A DNA stretch of 62,683 bases, filler included, from Diploschistes diacapsis (GCA_023645945.1; 6 parts of 6 records of this genome joined end to end with filler, not necessarily neighbours in it), one strand, 5' to 3'; positions 25,609 to 39,500 are shown, numbered from the whole stretch's first letter. Numbers and translations: made by a program. Notes: generated by a model not told the origin, from the letters alone.

Positions 25609-28249
25609 GATCAGGGGCGTGGGGTCTGGCGGCGGTTTTGGCTTCATGAAGATGGCGAGGCTGGTGCTTGGAGAGAAGGCGGATGGGAAGGGGTGCGGGG
25701 GGGAATTCAACTCTGTCAAATTATCTTGCAAGTTGATTTTTCTCCGTTGATCATGTGGTAACTGTGTATAGCCTTTACGGCGGCTTGCAACTTTTACATG
25801 TACTGGAAAAAAAGGTTTCCGAGTTGGGCTCGACTGTATTTGTGCGAAAAGCCCATCTCAGCCTATCGGTGCTCAGCAGACAAAGTAGCTTGGCAGCCGC
25901 GCTAATTTTATACGACTATTTATCACATCCAGCGGGCATTTGTTTCGACCTGGAAGTTGGACTGTTCTTCGATAAACTACACTGCGGAGCTGGCGTGAGC
26001 TCCGGTCACTGAATCCCGGGATACTTCATGTCGATTCGCCTTTGAGATACATGTACATAGTACATGCACCATCGGAGTCCTCTGCATCGCGAACCCCCCA
26101 GGACATGCTAGTTTTTTTCGAAAGTGGGCACTAAGAGACGAAGCTTACTTCAGTCGCTTTAGCGTAAAAGCTGCCCGTAGTTTGGCACACGCTAGGTTAC
26201 AGACAGTGACTGTTGCAAGGAACACGATGAGACTAATGTCGATGCTCGTATATGAGATCAGAGGGGCTAGCGCTCGGTGGTATATTCCGGGCTTTTCGGC
26301 TGCTAACGCTGAAAGATTGGACCTCCGGTAGGGTCTTTTAGATCGTGAGCTTCGTTTACTGGAAATATTTACGTGTCATCTTTGTTCGACCTAAGGAATT
26401 TGGTTCAAATGCTTCGGGCGGAGCGGTGCTCTTAAGTAACGAGAGAAACGAGTCTCGCTTTTGAATCCTATAGACAGCGGACCACAAGATGCAAGATTGT
26501 TGCTTGGTGGTCATTAGATCGAGCTGAATTATTTCGGTAGAGCACGCCTTGGGTGACTTTTAGCATACTAAAAATGCTTTGAGCTGGGAAAGGGTGGACG
26601 TGGACAATGGTCAAAAGTACGCTCTTATGGCATGCATTGTAAAGACTCGGCATGAATGGATGAAGAATAAGTAGGGTCCGGGATCGTGTTTCGTACAGCA
26701 GCTCAGCAGAGCACAATGCAAGGGAGTTTCTATAACAAACAAGAGTCGCGTAGTAGTGGCCACAGAAAAGCAGTATTCGAAAAACTTAGCTTATCGATCA
26801 TACGGGTAGTGAGCTGCCCAGTGAAATTTTGAAGGAATTGAATGAATATGCTTTGTTTGCCGCGCTTATGCCTATCCGGAAAATACAGACGCTTTCATAT
26901 GCTTCATTCCGTTACTAGCAGCCAAGGAAAATAATCTGCATCTCGTGGACCTACCTTCGAGGGATACAAGAATGTCTGACCGGCTGGCTTCCATCATGCC
27001 TCAAAACAAGAAGACGAAGTTTCGGAAGAACGAAAACGACCTAAACAGTACAACATTCATTCCGTATACTACGCGTATGGCTTTAAAAGGAGGCCCCCAT
27101 GCAAGGCACGATGAAGCCACCCGAAACACTAAGGTACCAGGACCACATGATTGGGGACCTTACAGGACGCCATTTAAAACTCCCAGAGGCCTTAAATGTC
27201 ACTGGCCACTGAAAGCCAAAGTTACTGACTCGATAACTTCTTTCTCAGGTTAAATGTTTAAGAAAGATTAGAACAACACTGAAGAGGGTGTAACAGAACT
27301 GTCCTTGCGGGTTCCAGGATCGAGCCCGTCAGTCTCACGGAGCATTTGGTAGCTGAAGACCAGAGGCCAATACGGTTGGTAGTTGTGCATGATTTAACAC
27401 CATGTATAGAAGAGAGACTCCGTGGATGCGCGGTATTCGGCCTTGAGACGCTAGCGAGAGTCTATTTTTTAAATAATCTGCTGGCTTGCTTCTGGTGTGT
27501 ACCTGGCTCTTTCTTAGTGTCTAGCTTGGGGGTTCAATGGTGAGAGTAAGAAAAATATTGTGGCTTCTCAGAGAAGGGGATAATGTCAGCTGAATGAATT
27601 GTAATAGCCATGTCGTGATTATAGAGCCAGGGTCTCTTATAGCTCAAGCTTGTACACTGGCAAGATGATGACCAGTGTTGCTGATTGACCGTGCAGGGCT
27701 TATATTTAGTCAACAGTGCCGTGATGGTGTAATGTAATGGCAGGTCATGCAAGTCGTATGAGAGGATGATAGGGGATGGGCAAAGGAGTTAACGACGTTT
27801 ATCTAGGCAGTCAGCGTCAAACGAGTGTCTCTGGTGCTGTTCCTGCTGTTTGGGGAGCGATGAATACTTGGCTAGAGTCTAATCCTCATGTTCCTCCATC
27901 CCCCATCCCCAATCACGCATTTCGAAGACTGTCGATTCAAACGCGTGTCGTTCTATACAAGTTCTAAGTTCTGTCTGAGGTACGTTGCAGATTTGTGGGA
28001 TTTAAGCGATGGTTGTGTAAAGCTGAAACCCTAGGTATCATGGGTATTAGTGGGTATTATTGGGTATTATACCTATACCATTTGTAACAGCGGGGGGTCA
28101 GCGCCTAATAGGTAGCACCTATCCCCACTGAGCCAGAAGACTAACTAACATGTGCTCCTATTACACTATGTATTATGTATAGGTGGGGGCAGCTGTGGCA
28201 GCTGTGGCAGCAGGGGGGACCTGTACCGTTCATTATTCATTATTTATTA

Positions 28250-28423
28250 ACGTATATGCATAGCGAGCGGACACTTATAGCGAGCGGACACCTTTCATCT
28301 AATTATACGAACTTTTATCTTTTGTATTAATTTTCCACGCGTACGATAAATCTCGTATGAAATAGTTCGGTGATCGAGAATAGATTTTTATTATTTAAAT
28401 TATTTACGCGGACGATTATACAT
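28250..28423 (+). mobile_element. End of a pogo/Fot1-like DNA transposon, RIP-degraded and truncated by the contig end
   Basis: TA followed by ACGT, then the direct repeat ATAGCGAGCGGACAC twice, then AT-rich sequence. Confidence 0.6.
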
Positions 28424-28523
28424 NNNNNNNNNNNNNNNNNNNNNNNNNNNNNNNNNNNNNNNNNNNNTTAATTAATTAANNNNNNNNNNNNNNNNNNNNN
28501 NNNNNNNNNNNNNNNNNNNNNNN
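28424..28523. other. Artificial contig spacer
   Basis: Same 100-bp linker. Confidence 0.97.
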
Positions 28524-29343
28524 GTGGAGGAGGGGGGGTAGATGGCTTGGGTTGTTCTTTAGGAGGGGGCTGAGTTGTTGCTTCTTGATTGAACCCGAGC
28601 CTTTTTTTTACCCTCATACTAAATCATGCGGGGGAAGATCATTACGTCCTCTGCTTTGTCAGGGTTCAGATGTTAGCACGCCCGCACTTCAGCTAATAGT
28701 CTAATTGAAGTGTCTACTCACTCAATCTGTCGCTGTTGTGGAAGGGAAGGTGACACTTGAGTCCCGGGCGGGCAGCGCTAGCTAGATAAGAGGCGCCCCG
28801 GGGGCCGAGGGGGATCAGAAGATTTCTTGGAGCAAACGGAAGTCCTCCCCGGCATAATCAGCATCATATTCAATATTCTCATATTCAATATTCTCCATTT
28901 CTACCCCGCAAACACGCACAGCTTGACGGGGAAACCCGTTTGCTAAGTGAACCAATCCCAGAGCTCTCCCGCACCTCTCTGATCAGAGCTAAGCTCGCAA
29001 TGACGATCCTTTACCAATTGAAATCTCCAACCTCCAGTAAATCAATCCTTGAAGCTGACATGCGGCGTTCGTCAATGTACCCGTGCAGTTCAGCATGCCG
29101 AAGAATCTACTGTAACCTAGCGTACGAGTACATAACAAACCTACTCCGCTCCTCATTCTGCGAAGTCTTTATGTTTGCATCAGCCTCCTCCTCCTCCTCC
29201 TCCTCCTCTTCCTCCTTCCTCCCCTGTATCAGTGGTGTGACCTTTCCGGAGTGTTTATGTTGTGTACCGTTGTGTTCATCTGTACCTTTGGAACTACTAT
29301 ATAAGCCTGCGATTAACTCTGCCGGACCACTTGGAATTGCAAC

Positions 29344-30653
29344 ATGCTTGCTTCCACCCTGTTCTTGCTGGCGTCTGCCCTTGGGGTATTCGCTCAGAAT
29401 CAGGCCGATCCCTTCCATAAGTACACCATCAGCGCCGAGGGAATCAATGCCTCGTTCATAGCCTACGGTGCCCGCCTGACGAACCTCTACGTCAACGACA
29501 AGAATGGTAAGCCGCAGGATGTGGTGCTGGGCTACGACGATGGCCACCAGTACCTCGAGGACACGTTGACCAACCACACGTGAGTTGAGAGCTGCGGTTA
29601 CAGGAGCGGGACAGGCTGATTGACCCATGAAGCTATTTTGGACCCATCGTTGGTCGCTATGCGAACCGCATCAAGAATGGCACCTTCACAGTTGATGGCG
29701 TGACATCGCATATTCCCGAGAATGAGCACCAAGGCCAAGATACGCTTCATGGCGGCAACGTTGGCTACGATCAGGTCAGTGGCTTTCGTGAACGGCAATC
29801 CAGGCTTTCGGCTTACGATGCCAGCGTAACTTTACCGTCGTGTCGCACAATATGAGCACCATCACCTTCTCGTTTCTGGACCAGGAGCTCGAGGGTTTCC
29901 CAGGTTCCATCGTAAGTATACTGCTTTCTCTGTGAGCTTACGGGATCACACCCCTAATTCAAACAGATTACCTACGCAACTTACACCGTGTCGCCGAACC
30001 GCTGGACTTCGCGCCTGGTCTCGATGGCCCTGGATGCACCCACGCCCATCATGCTTGCCAACCATGTGTACTGGAACCTGGACGCCTTTACCACCGGGCC
30101 CGGCAAGAACATCCTGAACAACACCCTCCACATGCCCTACTCGGACCGCATCATCGGCGTCGACAGCATCGAGGTGCCCACCGGCGCCCTCGAGATCGTG
30201 AACGGCACAGGTCTCGACTTCACCACGCCAAAGCCGCTCGGCTACAACATCACCAATGACCACCAATGCGGCTTCAACTGCACCGGTATCGACAACGCTT
30301 TCATCCTCGACCGCCCCCGATCCTCGGCACCGGAAGCCACCGATCTCGTCGTCTTATCCCTGAGCTCGCCCGCGACAGGCATCCAGATGGACATCCGCAC
30401 CAACCAGCAGAGCATACAGATCTACTCCTGCAACGGCCAGAACGGCACAATCCCGGTCAAGGCCAGCCAGCAGCACGGCAGCAACGGCGAGAAGACGTAC
30501 GTCGAGAGGTACGGCTGCGTCGTGTTCGAGACGCAGCAGTGGATCGACGGCATCAACTACCCCGAGTGGGGACAGGACCAGTACCAGATCTACGGCCCGG
30601 ACACGGAGCCGGCTGTTGTGTACGCGACGTACGACTTTTCGATAGCGCAGTAG
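29344..30653 (+). CDS. Secreted aldose 1-epimerase (galactose mutarotase-like), three introns
   Basis: Signal peptide; YGARLTNL, DVVLGYD, YFGPIVGRYANRIKNG, TLHGG, EGFPG, MLANHVYWNL, IDNAF, VFETQ. Confidence 0.93.
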
Positions 30654-31337
30654 GGTGGGAAATACTTGAGGCGACGTTGTTGTATTTAGCCAGTCCAATA
30701 GAAGATGCATTATTAAAGGAAAATTAAGAATTTAAACATACTAAATCATTTCCCCATTACATGAGTGCTCCAGCATCTGGTATACACATTCTTGGAAATG
30801 ACCAATGTTCCCTCGGTCTGACGTGCTTCAGAACCCAGTCCCGACAATATCGAATTTTATTCTATTCTATATAGACACGATGACATTTCAGGCTTCTAGC
30901 TCACAACAAACAGAATGTCTGGTCATCCACAGTCGGATAAGACTTTGGTCCGAGAAATATCGGGATCGGCAGACAATTTTGTCCGGCAACTTGTGAACCT
31001 GCTACGCAGATTCTCACTCCACGGGGTTCCGCCTATCTAATCCACACCGAAGGCATCGAGTAATACCTCTATTACGTTTATAGAATCTCTTTTGGAATTT
31101 GATTCCGGCCCCCACATTATAAATTTACATTATAAATCACTTTGCAAGACGGAATCCAAATCCGCGCATTACGAACCCCCTATTACAAAACCCCTCCCCC
31201 TCCTCTACCGGTACCCTACTTAACACCGCCATACCGACGCCAAAACCCATCCCGTCGAAACCCCTCCCAACCAACACTTGCTTGAGACTCGTGTCTCCCA
31301 ATCCCAGCCTCCCAATAGCGCTCACATCCCCCCACAC

Positions 31338-31437
31338 NNNNNNNNNNNNNNNNNNNNNNNNNNNNNNNNNNNNNNNNNNNNTTAATTAATTAANNNNNNN
31401 NNNNNNNNNNNNNNNNNNNNNNNNNNNNNNNNNNNNN
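31338..31437. other. Artificial contig spacer
   Basis: Same 100-bp linker. Confidence 0.97.
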
Positions 31438-31690
31438 TATTTATAGCGTAAGAGCTTTCACAAATTATTAGCGCTAATTATGCACCGCTAAATTGGCAGA
31501 TTTTTTAATATATATTTATAAAAAAATTTAATATTAATAAAAAGCTTTTTTTAATTTATGAATACGTGCTACATTTAATTGGCCTCGTTACTTTAAATCG
31601 GGTTGGATAAATTAGCTATTATTGTTGAAAAAAGTGCTAAGACGCTAAGATAATGCTACTAACTTTCGCAATGTACTATAGTAACTTTGA
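31438..31690. repeat. AT-rich, probably RIP-degraded repeat remnant at the contig start
   Basis: Very AT-rich and TpA-rich with no ORF. Confidence 0.45.
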
Positions 31691-32585
31691 ATGCCACCTA
31701 GGCCGAGACCTGATGTTACTTGTATGGAGAGTGATAGTTCTCCTGAACCAAATAGGTGGCCTCGCACCCAGCCTTCTTATGGTGCATTTCCCAGCGACCG
31801 ATTAAAGACATCTGTGTTAGTCGTCCAAGAGCGAAGTCTTGCAATACCGGTCCCATTACCTTGTCTTTGGCAGTGTGGTCTCGCCTAGCTTCTGGTACGA
31901 GAAACATTTAATGATCAAGCGAGGCAGCACATTAGGAAATACACTGGGACGTAAAGACCAAGCTAGGTAAGTAGAGTTGGAGTCATTCGGAGGATGAAAG
32001 GACGAACAAATTCTTTACAGCAAGCGAGGAGCCCCCATTATAAGTTATGAATAAGCTAAACTCTCAGCCCATCTCATGCCTACACAAAGTCTATATATTG
32101 ATCAACTGTCACTCCAGTGTTGAGCCTCGTTATCATCCAAGAGTCCATATAAATTACCCGGCTGAATGCTGCTAAACAGGGGAGCTTCAACAAACCTTCA
32201 CTCTTCCACATGCAGAAATAACTTTTCATAAGAGTGGGAATTGTAGGACGAGAGGAGATTGAGGAAATCAAGCTCCATGTTCTTTTATGACACTTAGACG
32301 CTCTGATCCGAGACCTATAGAGTACTGCTACAAAGGGCTAAGGGAAAACTATCGTCAAATACCCAGATCGCTAGGCTCGAGGCTAATGTTTTAGAGGCTC
32401 ACATAAAAACATCCAGTGGGCCGTGTAAGATGGGAAAGGCTCTTTTTGCAAGCTGGACTATTGAAGGGTTGGCGCTAGCGAATATCTGCAGTTTTCTGTT
32501 TCCAGCGGAAAACCGTCACGCCAGTCTGATTTTCCCGTTGACTATGGTTGGTACAGGTTGTTGAGCATATTCACCAGCAGCTACT

Positions 32586-33219
32586 CTATGGGGGAGGAGC
32601 ACCTCGTCCTCGACCAAATCCTCCTCGGAATTGCGGAGCAAATTCGCCCGGCGCGCCGCCCTCCTTGCCTTCACCGGCATCACGTCTTCGATAGTCACCA
32701 CGATCACCACGAGGCCCGCCACGTCCGCCAGGCCGACGTTCTCGATCGTCACCGCCCATCATGCCCTTTGGCGGCGCATGTGAACGTTGCTGCTTGATGT
32801 GGGTAGCTGGGACGATTTCTGCGGGCAGATGGAGCCATTCGCGTAAATAGTCAAGCCCTTCGGGCGTCAAAGTATAATAATACCACTGCCAGGAAAACTG
32901 AGTTTTAAGGTAGCCTCGGGAAGTTAGGGACTGGCAGGCTTTGATAACCTTTGCAACATTAGCGGTAAACAGATGTAGTAAGCTATCTTACGCACATAAA
33001 GATTCTTGGTATCAATTTCACCATGTTTTGGCTGGTTGAAATCCTTTTTAGCCACAAGAACGCCCTCTAGAATAAATTAGAAGCTCGATGTGTAGGTGCA
33101 TGCTAGCTATATCTCACCACGAAAGAGGTACTCGTGAATTCTTTTCCGATCTGCTTTGGGAATGAGCCTGAAATAGACTTGTCAGCCTTTTGGAAAGGAA
33201 TGAGAAAGAATCCTTACAT
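32586..33219 (-). CDS. RPS10: 40S ribosomal protein S10 (eS10), three introns
   Basis: [28 protein letters not shown]...[18 protein letters not shown]...[23 protein letters not shown] and an RGG-rich tail. Confidence 0.97.
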
Positions 33220-33510
33220 GGCGGCGAGTTCCTGTCACTATTCGGGGAATCGCTTTCAACCACGCAATTGTGCTAAAGTAGATGGTATATGGAATTAATT
33301 TTTTGGTGGGGTATGAACTTGTGAGTGCGCAGTCTCATGACAGTTAGCTTAGTCTATAGGGCTACAAGGTAGGTGTACCCTTGCATATCCAATAACTTGT
33401 GCGTTCGCTAAGATGCGCTAGTCTGAATTAAAAATTCCGAAAGCCCGATTATTCTTGTCAGAATACTAACCTAAATAGGTTAGTCAGATTGCTTATTAAG
33501 TTTCTAATAT

Positions 33511-33612
33511 GTTCGAATATTCTAGAAGGTTTTAAAAGGTTCTAGAAGGTTCTAAAATATTCTAAAATATAATAGAATGTCATCGAAGATTTTCGAAGAT
33601 TCTAGAATATTC
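33511..33612. repeat. Degenerate 10-bp minisatellite (TTCTAGAAGG/TTCTAAAATA/TTCGAAGAT variants)
   Basis: Direct reading; variants differ mainly by transitions. Confidence 0.65.
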
Positions 33613-33646
33613 GGCTTATAAATGCATAAAACATTTTGGAAGGATA

Positions 33647-33855
33647 ACGTGTTTCATCACGAAACGGATCACCCCACGAAGCGGATTATTATATTATAAT
33701 GTAATTGCGCTAGATCGAGCGCTTCTATATTTATACGAAATTAAATCTATTTTAAATCATATTACCCCGTTCTTCCGCCTTTAAGAATATATTTTACGAA
33801 GATGCAGGGATTGTGATCCGCTCCGTGGGGTGATCCGTTTCGTAATAAAACACGT
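33647..33855. mobile_element. Complete 209-bp MITE of pogo/Fot1 (Tc1-mariner) type
   Basis: ~40-bp terminal inverted repeats ACGTGTTTCATCACGAAACGGATCACCCCACGAAGCGGAT / ATCCGCTCCGTGGGGTGATCCGTTTCGTAATAAAACACGT, flanked by TA on both sides. Confidence 0.88.
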
Positions 33856-34241
33856 TAAGGAAAATTTCAAAATAAATTATTATTAATCGCATTAGCGTGA
33901 AATGTGCCTATAAAAGGCCTTTCACTTTCCAACTTTTTGTAAGGCCAAGCTAGGAGGACGCTGAGGATGCCAAGAGTCGTACAAGCGGCATTTAGGGTCT
34001 TGGCTGGCTGGTACTTAAAGAAGGGATTTTATCCTTTTTATTCTTTTTTTTATTAGTCCTGGCACAAATCTATCATACTTATAATTATTTTACTATAGAA
34101 TCTTATTCCATTTTTTATAGTTGTTGAGCAATGTAATGGATATATTGGAATCTAGAGGTTTAGTTTATGAAGATATCTTATTACTGTTATGATCTCTATC
34201 TCTACAAGGTAGACACGAGGTATTGATCAAGGTGGGTTTGG

Positions 34242-34341
34242 NNNNNNNNNNNNNNNNNNNNNNNNNNNNNNNNNNNNNNNNNNNNTTAATTAATTAANNN
34301 NNNNNNNNNNNNNNNNNNNNNNNNNNNNNNNNNNNNNNNNN
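34242..34341. other. Artificial contig spacer
   Basis: Same 100-bp linker. Confidence 0.97.
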
Positions 34342-34848
34342 GACCCAACCCACCTCCCAGGCAACCCACACAGCCGCCATCCCCGCCGTAGCCGCCACTG
34401 CGGCGCCGACAACGACCCAGCCATACTCCCTCAGCCGCAGCCCCACAGCCAGGTTCGCCCAGGCTAGCCCCATCGCACCCCGCCCCAGCCAGAGATGGAC
34501 GTGCGAGACCCAGGTCCGCCGCCGGACCCGCACGAAGTTAACGTGGTGCCTCCACCCGGCCACGCCCTGCAGCACGATGGCCAGGCCGAGGAACAGCCCG
34601 ACGTACTGGTGCCACAGCACGATGCCCGTAGACGTCACGTACCCGACCAGGATGCCTGTCAGGGCGAGCGCGGAGCCACTGAGCTGGAGGAGGTAGTGGT
34701 GTCGGACGGAGAGGGGGCCGCCGGAGCGGATGGCGAGGATGCCGGCGGGGTAGAGGACGAGGAAGACGCTGCACATGAGCAGGCCGTGGGCGTGCCAGAG
34801 CGTGTCGCGGACGGTGGGGGAGCTGTAGATGGGGGAGGGGGAGGACAT
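34342..34848 (-). CDS. Cytochrome b561-domain membrane protein, 3' truncated
   Basis: AHGLLM, RHHYLLQ, WHQYVG and HVHLWLGR give His residues in successive TM helices. Confidence 0.8.
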
Positions 34849-35565
34849 GGTGGAGCTAGCCTTGTGCGCACACGTTTTAGTTTGTAGCGAGCTTGTGGGT
34901 ATGTGCTTTGTGAACGTGTCGAGTGCCAGGTAAGTAGCTACCATAAGAGGTCCGTCGAGCGAGCCGGGAGACCTTGAGGTTCCCAGTAGTAAGCAGCTAG
35001 CGAAGATTGCATGAGGCTCTCTGACTGCTCGCACAACAATAACAGTCTTTTTGTTGCCGCTAGGGCATTGGCGAAATGTAATGCTAGGGGGATCTTAGCC
35101 ATGAGGCCTCGGTCTCTCATTTCAGTTTGGTTGGATAAGGTGTTGAAATAGGTTGTTAGCATGCTCATGGTCTTAAATTCATCTGTAGCCTGGCTTCCAG
35201 GTTCTTAACTGTGACTACTGACTGCGCTTTTTTTCTCAGATGCAAGTTTTTTCACCTTGCATCTTGAGATTTCAATAAGTTTTCAACCCAAGGGGTGATC
35301 ACAGAGTGCAATTTTCCATTCTAGCTGTATACACCAAGATCATTCTTTCTTTACTGAAGTCCCCTTTATGAAAGTCTTTGTTGACCTGGCCAGGAGAGAC
35401 GGTTCTGCAGCAACTGTAAAGATGCAAACAGAGAAGCAGTTACAGAATTCTTACGCGGCTTGTTCTTATCGCGTCTTCTAGCAGATCTCATTGCCCAAAA
35501 CAAACTGCATTTTCAAGCACGAACATCAAGTCCAGTATCGGATGATTCCTTGCGTTGTGAAGAGG

Positions 35566-36002
35566 ATGCCGTTGGTCTTCATATCACTACTTGGTCTCAT
35601 TGCATCCTTTGCGAAAACTGCCTGCAGCAAGACCACCATGGACGCGCTGGCCAACATGACCGTGTGGTTCTATCCGCAGCCCGACTGCGAGGGCCAAAAT
35701 AATATATGGGAAAACACAAGATACTAGCAATCACTGACAGGCATCTGGATGATGTTCTTCAGATTTTCCCCGTCACTGCTTCGGGAGAGCAAATGAACTT
35801 CAGGCAGACTGGGAAGATCGATAATGGCTACGTTTGGCTATGCGCCACGTTTATCGGGTCCTTTTACAGTAACAGCTCGAATTTCGACCTCGAGCTGTCA
35901 AAACGCAATGGAGAATGGAGCAGGCCGTGCAAGATTCGTCAATTCGAATTATTGTGTTTTCCAAACATTAACACTGTGGCCGCAGCTGCTACGTGCACCT
36001 AA
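35566..36002 (+). pseudogene. Disrupted small secreted Cys-containing protein
   Basis: MPLVFISLLGLIASFAKTA signal peptide and VWFYPQPDCEG, TAG at 35725, coding-like continuation in another frame (GYVWLCATFIGSFY...CKIRQFELLCFP). Confidence 0.4.
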
Positions 36003-36528
36003 GTGGTGATCCGTTGCGAAAAGGCTCTCCGTGGCTGGGCTCCGGTATAGTAATTTGCAGCAAAGGGCGCCTGAGCTTGGGATTTGTTTTGTTCAAGCAA
36101 TGCGGGTTAGTTGGAAGACGGACTATACAACGGGTCATTGTGCTAAAAGCTATCTACGGAAAGGCAACCGAGAGAGTTTGGTATACTATGGTTTTAACGT
36201 GTTGAAGGATAGAACTGTATGTAAATAGTAAGAGGACATTGGCTTTTTTCCCCCCAATTGGTCCATGGTCTTGAATGAATACAGTATGCTTCACGGCCAG
36301 CCCTTTAGGTAGATACGTGTAAAATGCTTAATATTCAAATATACGCGAAGTTGACGCGAGACTACAATTGGACCTAATAAGCGTAACTAGATATACGGGT
36401 GGCCATCCATCATACGTAACAAGCACAAAAATATTTTCTCTTGCGCCACCCCCTCAACCAGTGCTAATCCTTGATCCGCAAGTCTCGAGATGGACTGAAC
36501 CTACACTCACAGATAACTTTCGCGCAAC

Positions 36529-39500
36529 ATGCCTGCGCGGACTCGGCGCTCAGCAGGCGCATCGGCCCCAAATGCAGGTCGGGATGAAGAAGCTTCTTCA
36601 CCACTCACGCAACAACCGGGGTCCTCTCCCCCGCCTCCCGTCGATGAAGCCTTCCCAGTGTCGAGCTCAGGACTCAAGTTCAACCAATCCCTATCATGGC
36701 GCGCCGGTCGTCCGATCCCGGTCGCCGAGCTCTTGAAGCGGCTTCAAGCTCTCGCCCACGAGATGAAGGATATGGAGCAGGAGGATGACGAATCGGTGAA
36801 AGCTTCTCTGGGAAATATTGCACAGGAGTTGGTGGACCAACAGTTACTTGGGCACAAGGATAGAGGCGTGAAGGCCTGGGTCGCTTGCTGCGCGGTCGAC
36901 GTTCTGAGGCTCTGCGCTCCGGATGCGCCTTTCACTTCCAAGCAACTGAGGGTGAGTAGGTTACTCAAGTGACTTGCTCGAGCATGCTGGGCGTTGAAGC
37001 ACCTTACATACATCCCTGCAAGCGATGCGATCTACGCTGGGCAAGACTAATTGCTCTGTAGGCCATCTTTGAAATGATCGTCAAGTTCGTTCTACCGGCG
37101 CTGTCGGACCCTTCTCAGCCGTACAATTCGCAGCATATGTATGTGCTGCAAAGTCTTGCCCAAGTCAAGAGTATAGTGCTCGTCACAGATGTACCACGTG
37201 CCGATGACTTGATCACCCACATCTTCACCACCTTCTTTGATATTGTCTCGGGTAGCTCGAAGGCAAGCACGGGCGAGCAGATACCCAAGGCTGTTCACTT
37301 CAACATGACATCCATCCTGGTCATTCTCGTGGATGAAGCACCTGCGCTACCGCAGGATGCCATCGATATCGTCGTTGCACAGTTCCTCAGGCTGGACCCC
37401 AGAGTCATGAGCGTTGGCGGCGACAAGCTCAAGAAGGGCAGCGTCGAAGGGGGCCAACCGATTTTCGCGATGAAGGAATTACCTCCTGCGTATATGATGG
37501 CCAAGACGATATGCTTGTCATGTCAGAACAAGATGTCTCGTGAGATCAGTAAATATTTCAACGACGTTATTATGGATGCGTCCGGAAGTTCGTCGGATCG
37601 CAGAGACAGCGGCGAGGGGGACGATCCGGACACCGCGCTCAACGACGACAACCTCAGGGAATTGGACAAGGCTCACAGATTGCTACGTGAACTTTGGCGG
37701 GCATGCCCACTTGTTCTGCAGGACGTTGTGCCCCAACTGGAGGCCGAGCTCGCTGCAGACAACGTGCGGCTGCGAGTTCTTGCAACAGAAGCTCTCGGGG
37801 ACATCACATCCGGCATAGGAGCTGCTGGACCACCCCCACCGCCAGCAATGGATCCGGCCGCCTATCCACCAGTTGAGCTTTCCTCTTCCGCCTCGAATGC
37901 CAGCCAAAACCTCCTGACGAAGCCATCCTCGCCGCAATCCTTTTCGCAAGTCCATACACGTGCCTACAGCTCGTTTCTCAGCAGAAAGCAAGACAAGTCT
38001 CCTCTAGTTCGTTCCTCGTGGGCCATAGCAGTGGGGCGAATCCTTGTAACTTCAGCGGGCGGCATGGGTTTGAGCCAGGACGAAGAACTCCGCTTCGTTG
38101 AGGACATGGCCCGCATGCTCAACGACAGTGACGAGAAAGTGCGTTTGGCCGCTGTCCAAGCTGTGGGCGCCTTCGGGATCAAAGATGTCATCAACAAGCT
38201 GGGCCTTTCGGGTGGCGTCAATAAGCCTGGCTCTGTCCTCGGAAATCTTGCGGAGCGGGTAAAGGACCGCAAAAGTGCCGTTAGGAATGAAGCGATGACC
38301 GTTTTCTGCAGAATATGGGCGGTTGCCTCTGGAGAGATCGCAGCTGGGAACAAGCTGGTAGAGGAACTCGTCGGCGGCATTCCTAGCAAGGTTCTCAATA
38401 CTTATTATACGAATGACCAGGAAATCATATTGCTCATGGATAAGGTTCTATTCGAGATACTCTTACCGCTACAGTATCCGCCGCTCAAGTTAAAGTCTGG
38501 AAAGCAGACAAGTGGAGCCTCCCAGCGGGTTAAAGACAGCCAAGATCAGACTAACGGAGTGTCGACTGTGCAAGACCCGGATCGGATTCGCGCCGAAAGA
38601 GTATTACTCCTTGCAAAGGGGCTCGACGAGCGAGCCAAGAAAATCTTTTTTGCATTATCACAGCGACAGGTATCAATGACGAGGTTCATCCAGGTCTATT
38701 TACAGTCCAGCGAAGAATACAATGTGGGTAATCGACGCTTTCGTGCCCTTTGGAAGCTAATTTGGACAGGGTGGCGTCATGGATGAGAACGAAATCACGA
38801 TCAAGGAACGGCTGAAGAAACTAATCAACGAGCTCACGAAGCTCTTCCCGGATCCCTCAAAAGTCTCGGCTGATCTCTGGAAATTTGCAAAGACGCATGA
38901 TAGAAGAGCATATCAGCTTATACGGTTCTGCTACACACCAGCTAGCGACTACAGAACAGTCTACAATGCCATCAAAGAATTTTCTAAGCGCATCGATATC
39001 AGCTTGAAGGACACACTGCTTCCTTTACTGTATCGGACTAGTATAATTCTCTACAACAGGAGTCATGTACCGGCTATTCTAGAATACTCTCGGACAAATG
39101 AAAAAAACTTTTCAAATATCGCACACGAGCTCCTTGCAGACATTTCGTCACGTGTCCCCGAGGTCCTGAAGGCACAAGTCCGAGAGATCTGTGTGAAACT
39201 ACAGGATGACGCGCCTTCGGCTACAAAATCAAACTCACCAAATGCCGTCGACGACCTAAAGGCTTGCGCAAGCTTTGCAAAAAAGTTTCCAAACGAGATA
39301 CCACAAGATCGGAAGTTCGTCCAAGCAATGGCAAGCTTTGCGCTTTACGGAAGTCCTCCCGAAGCTGCAAAACATGCAGTATCTATCGTTATGTCCGCGT
39401 CAGACAGAAAGGAGATGTTAGCGAAAGACTTGGTTCACAAATGCGTCAGGAGCCTCACATATGGTGAACCCGGTTTCCTGGCGAAGATGGCTGCTGTATC

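Noticed and set aside
25609..28240. Short ORFs in the 2815-bp contig and a TGTAACA LTR-like start at ~28083
   Set aside because: No recognisable domains, second LTR end or target-site duplication
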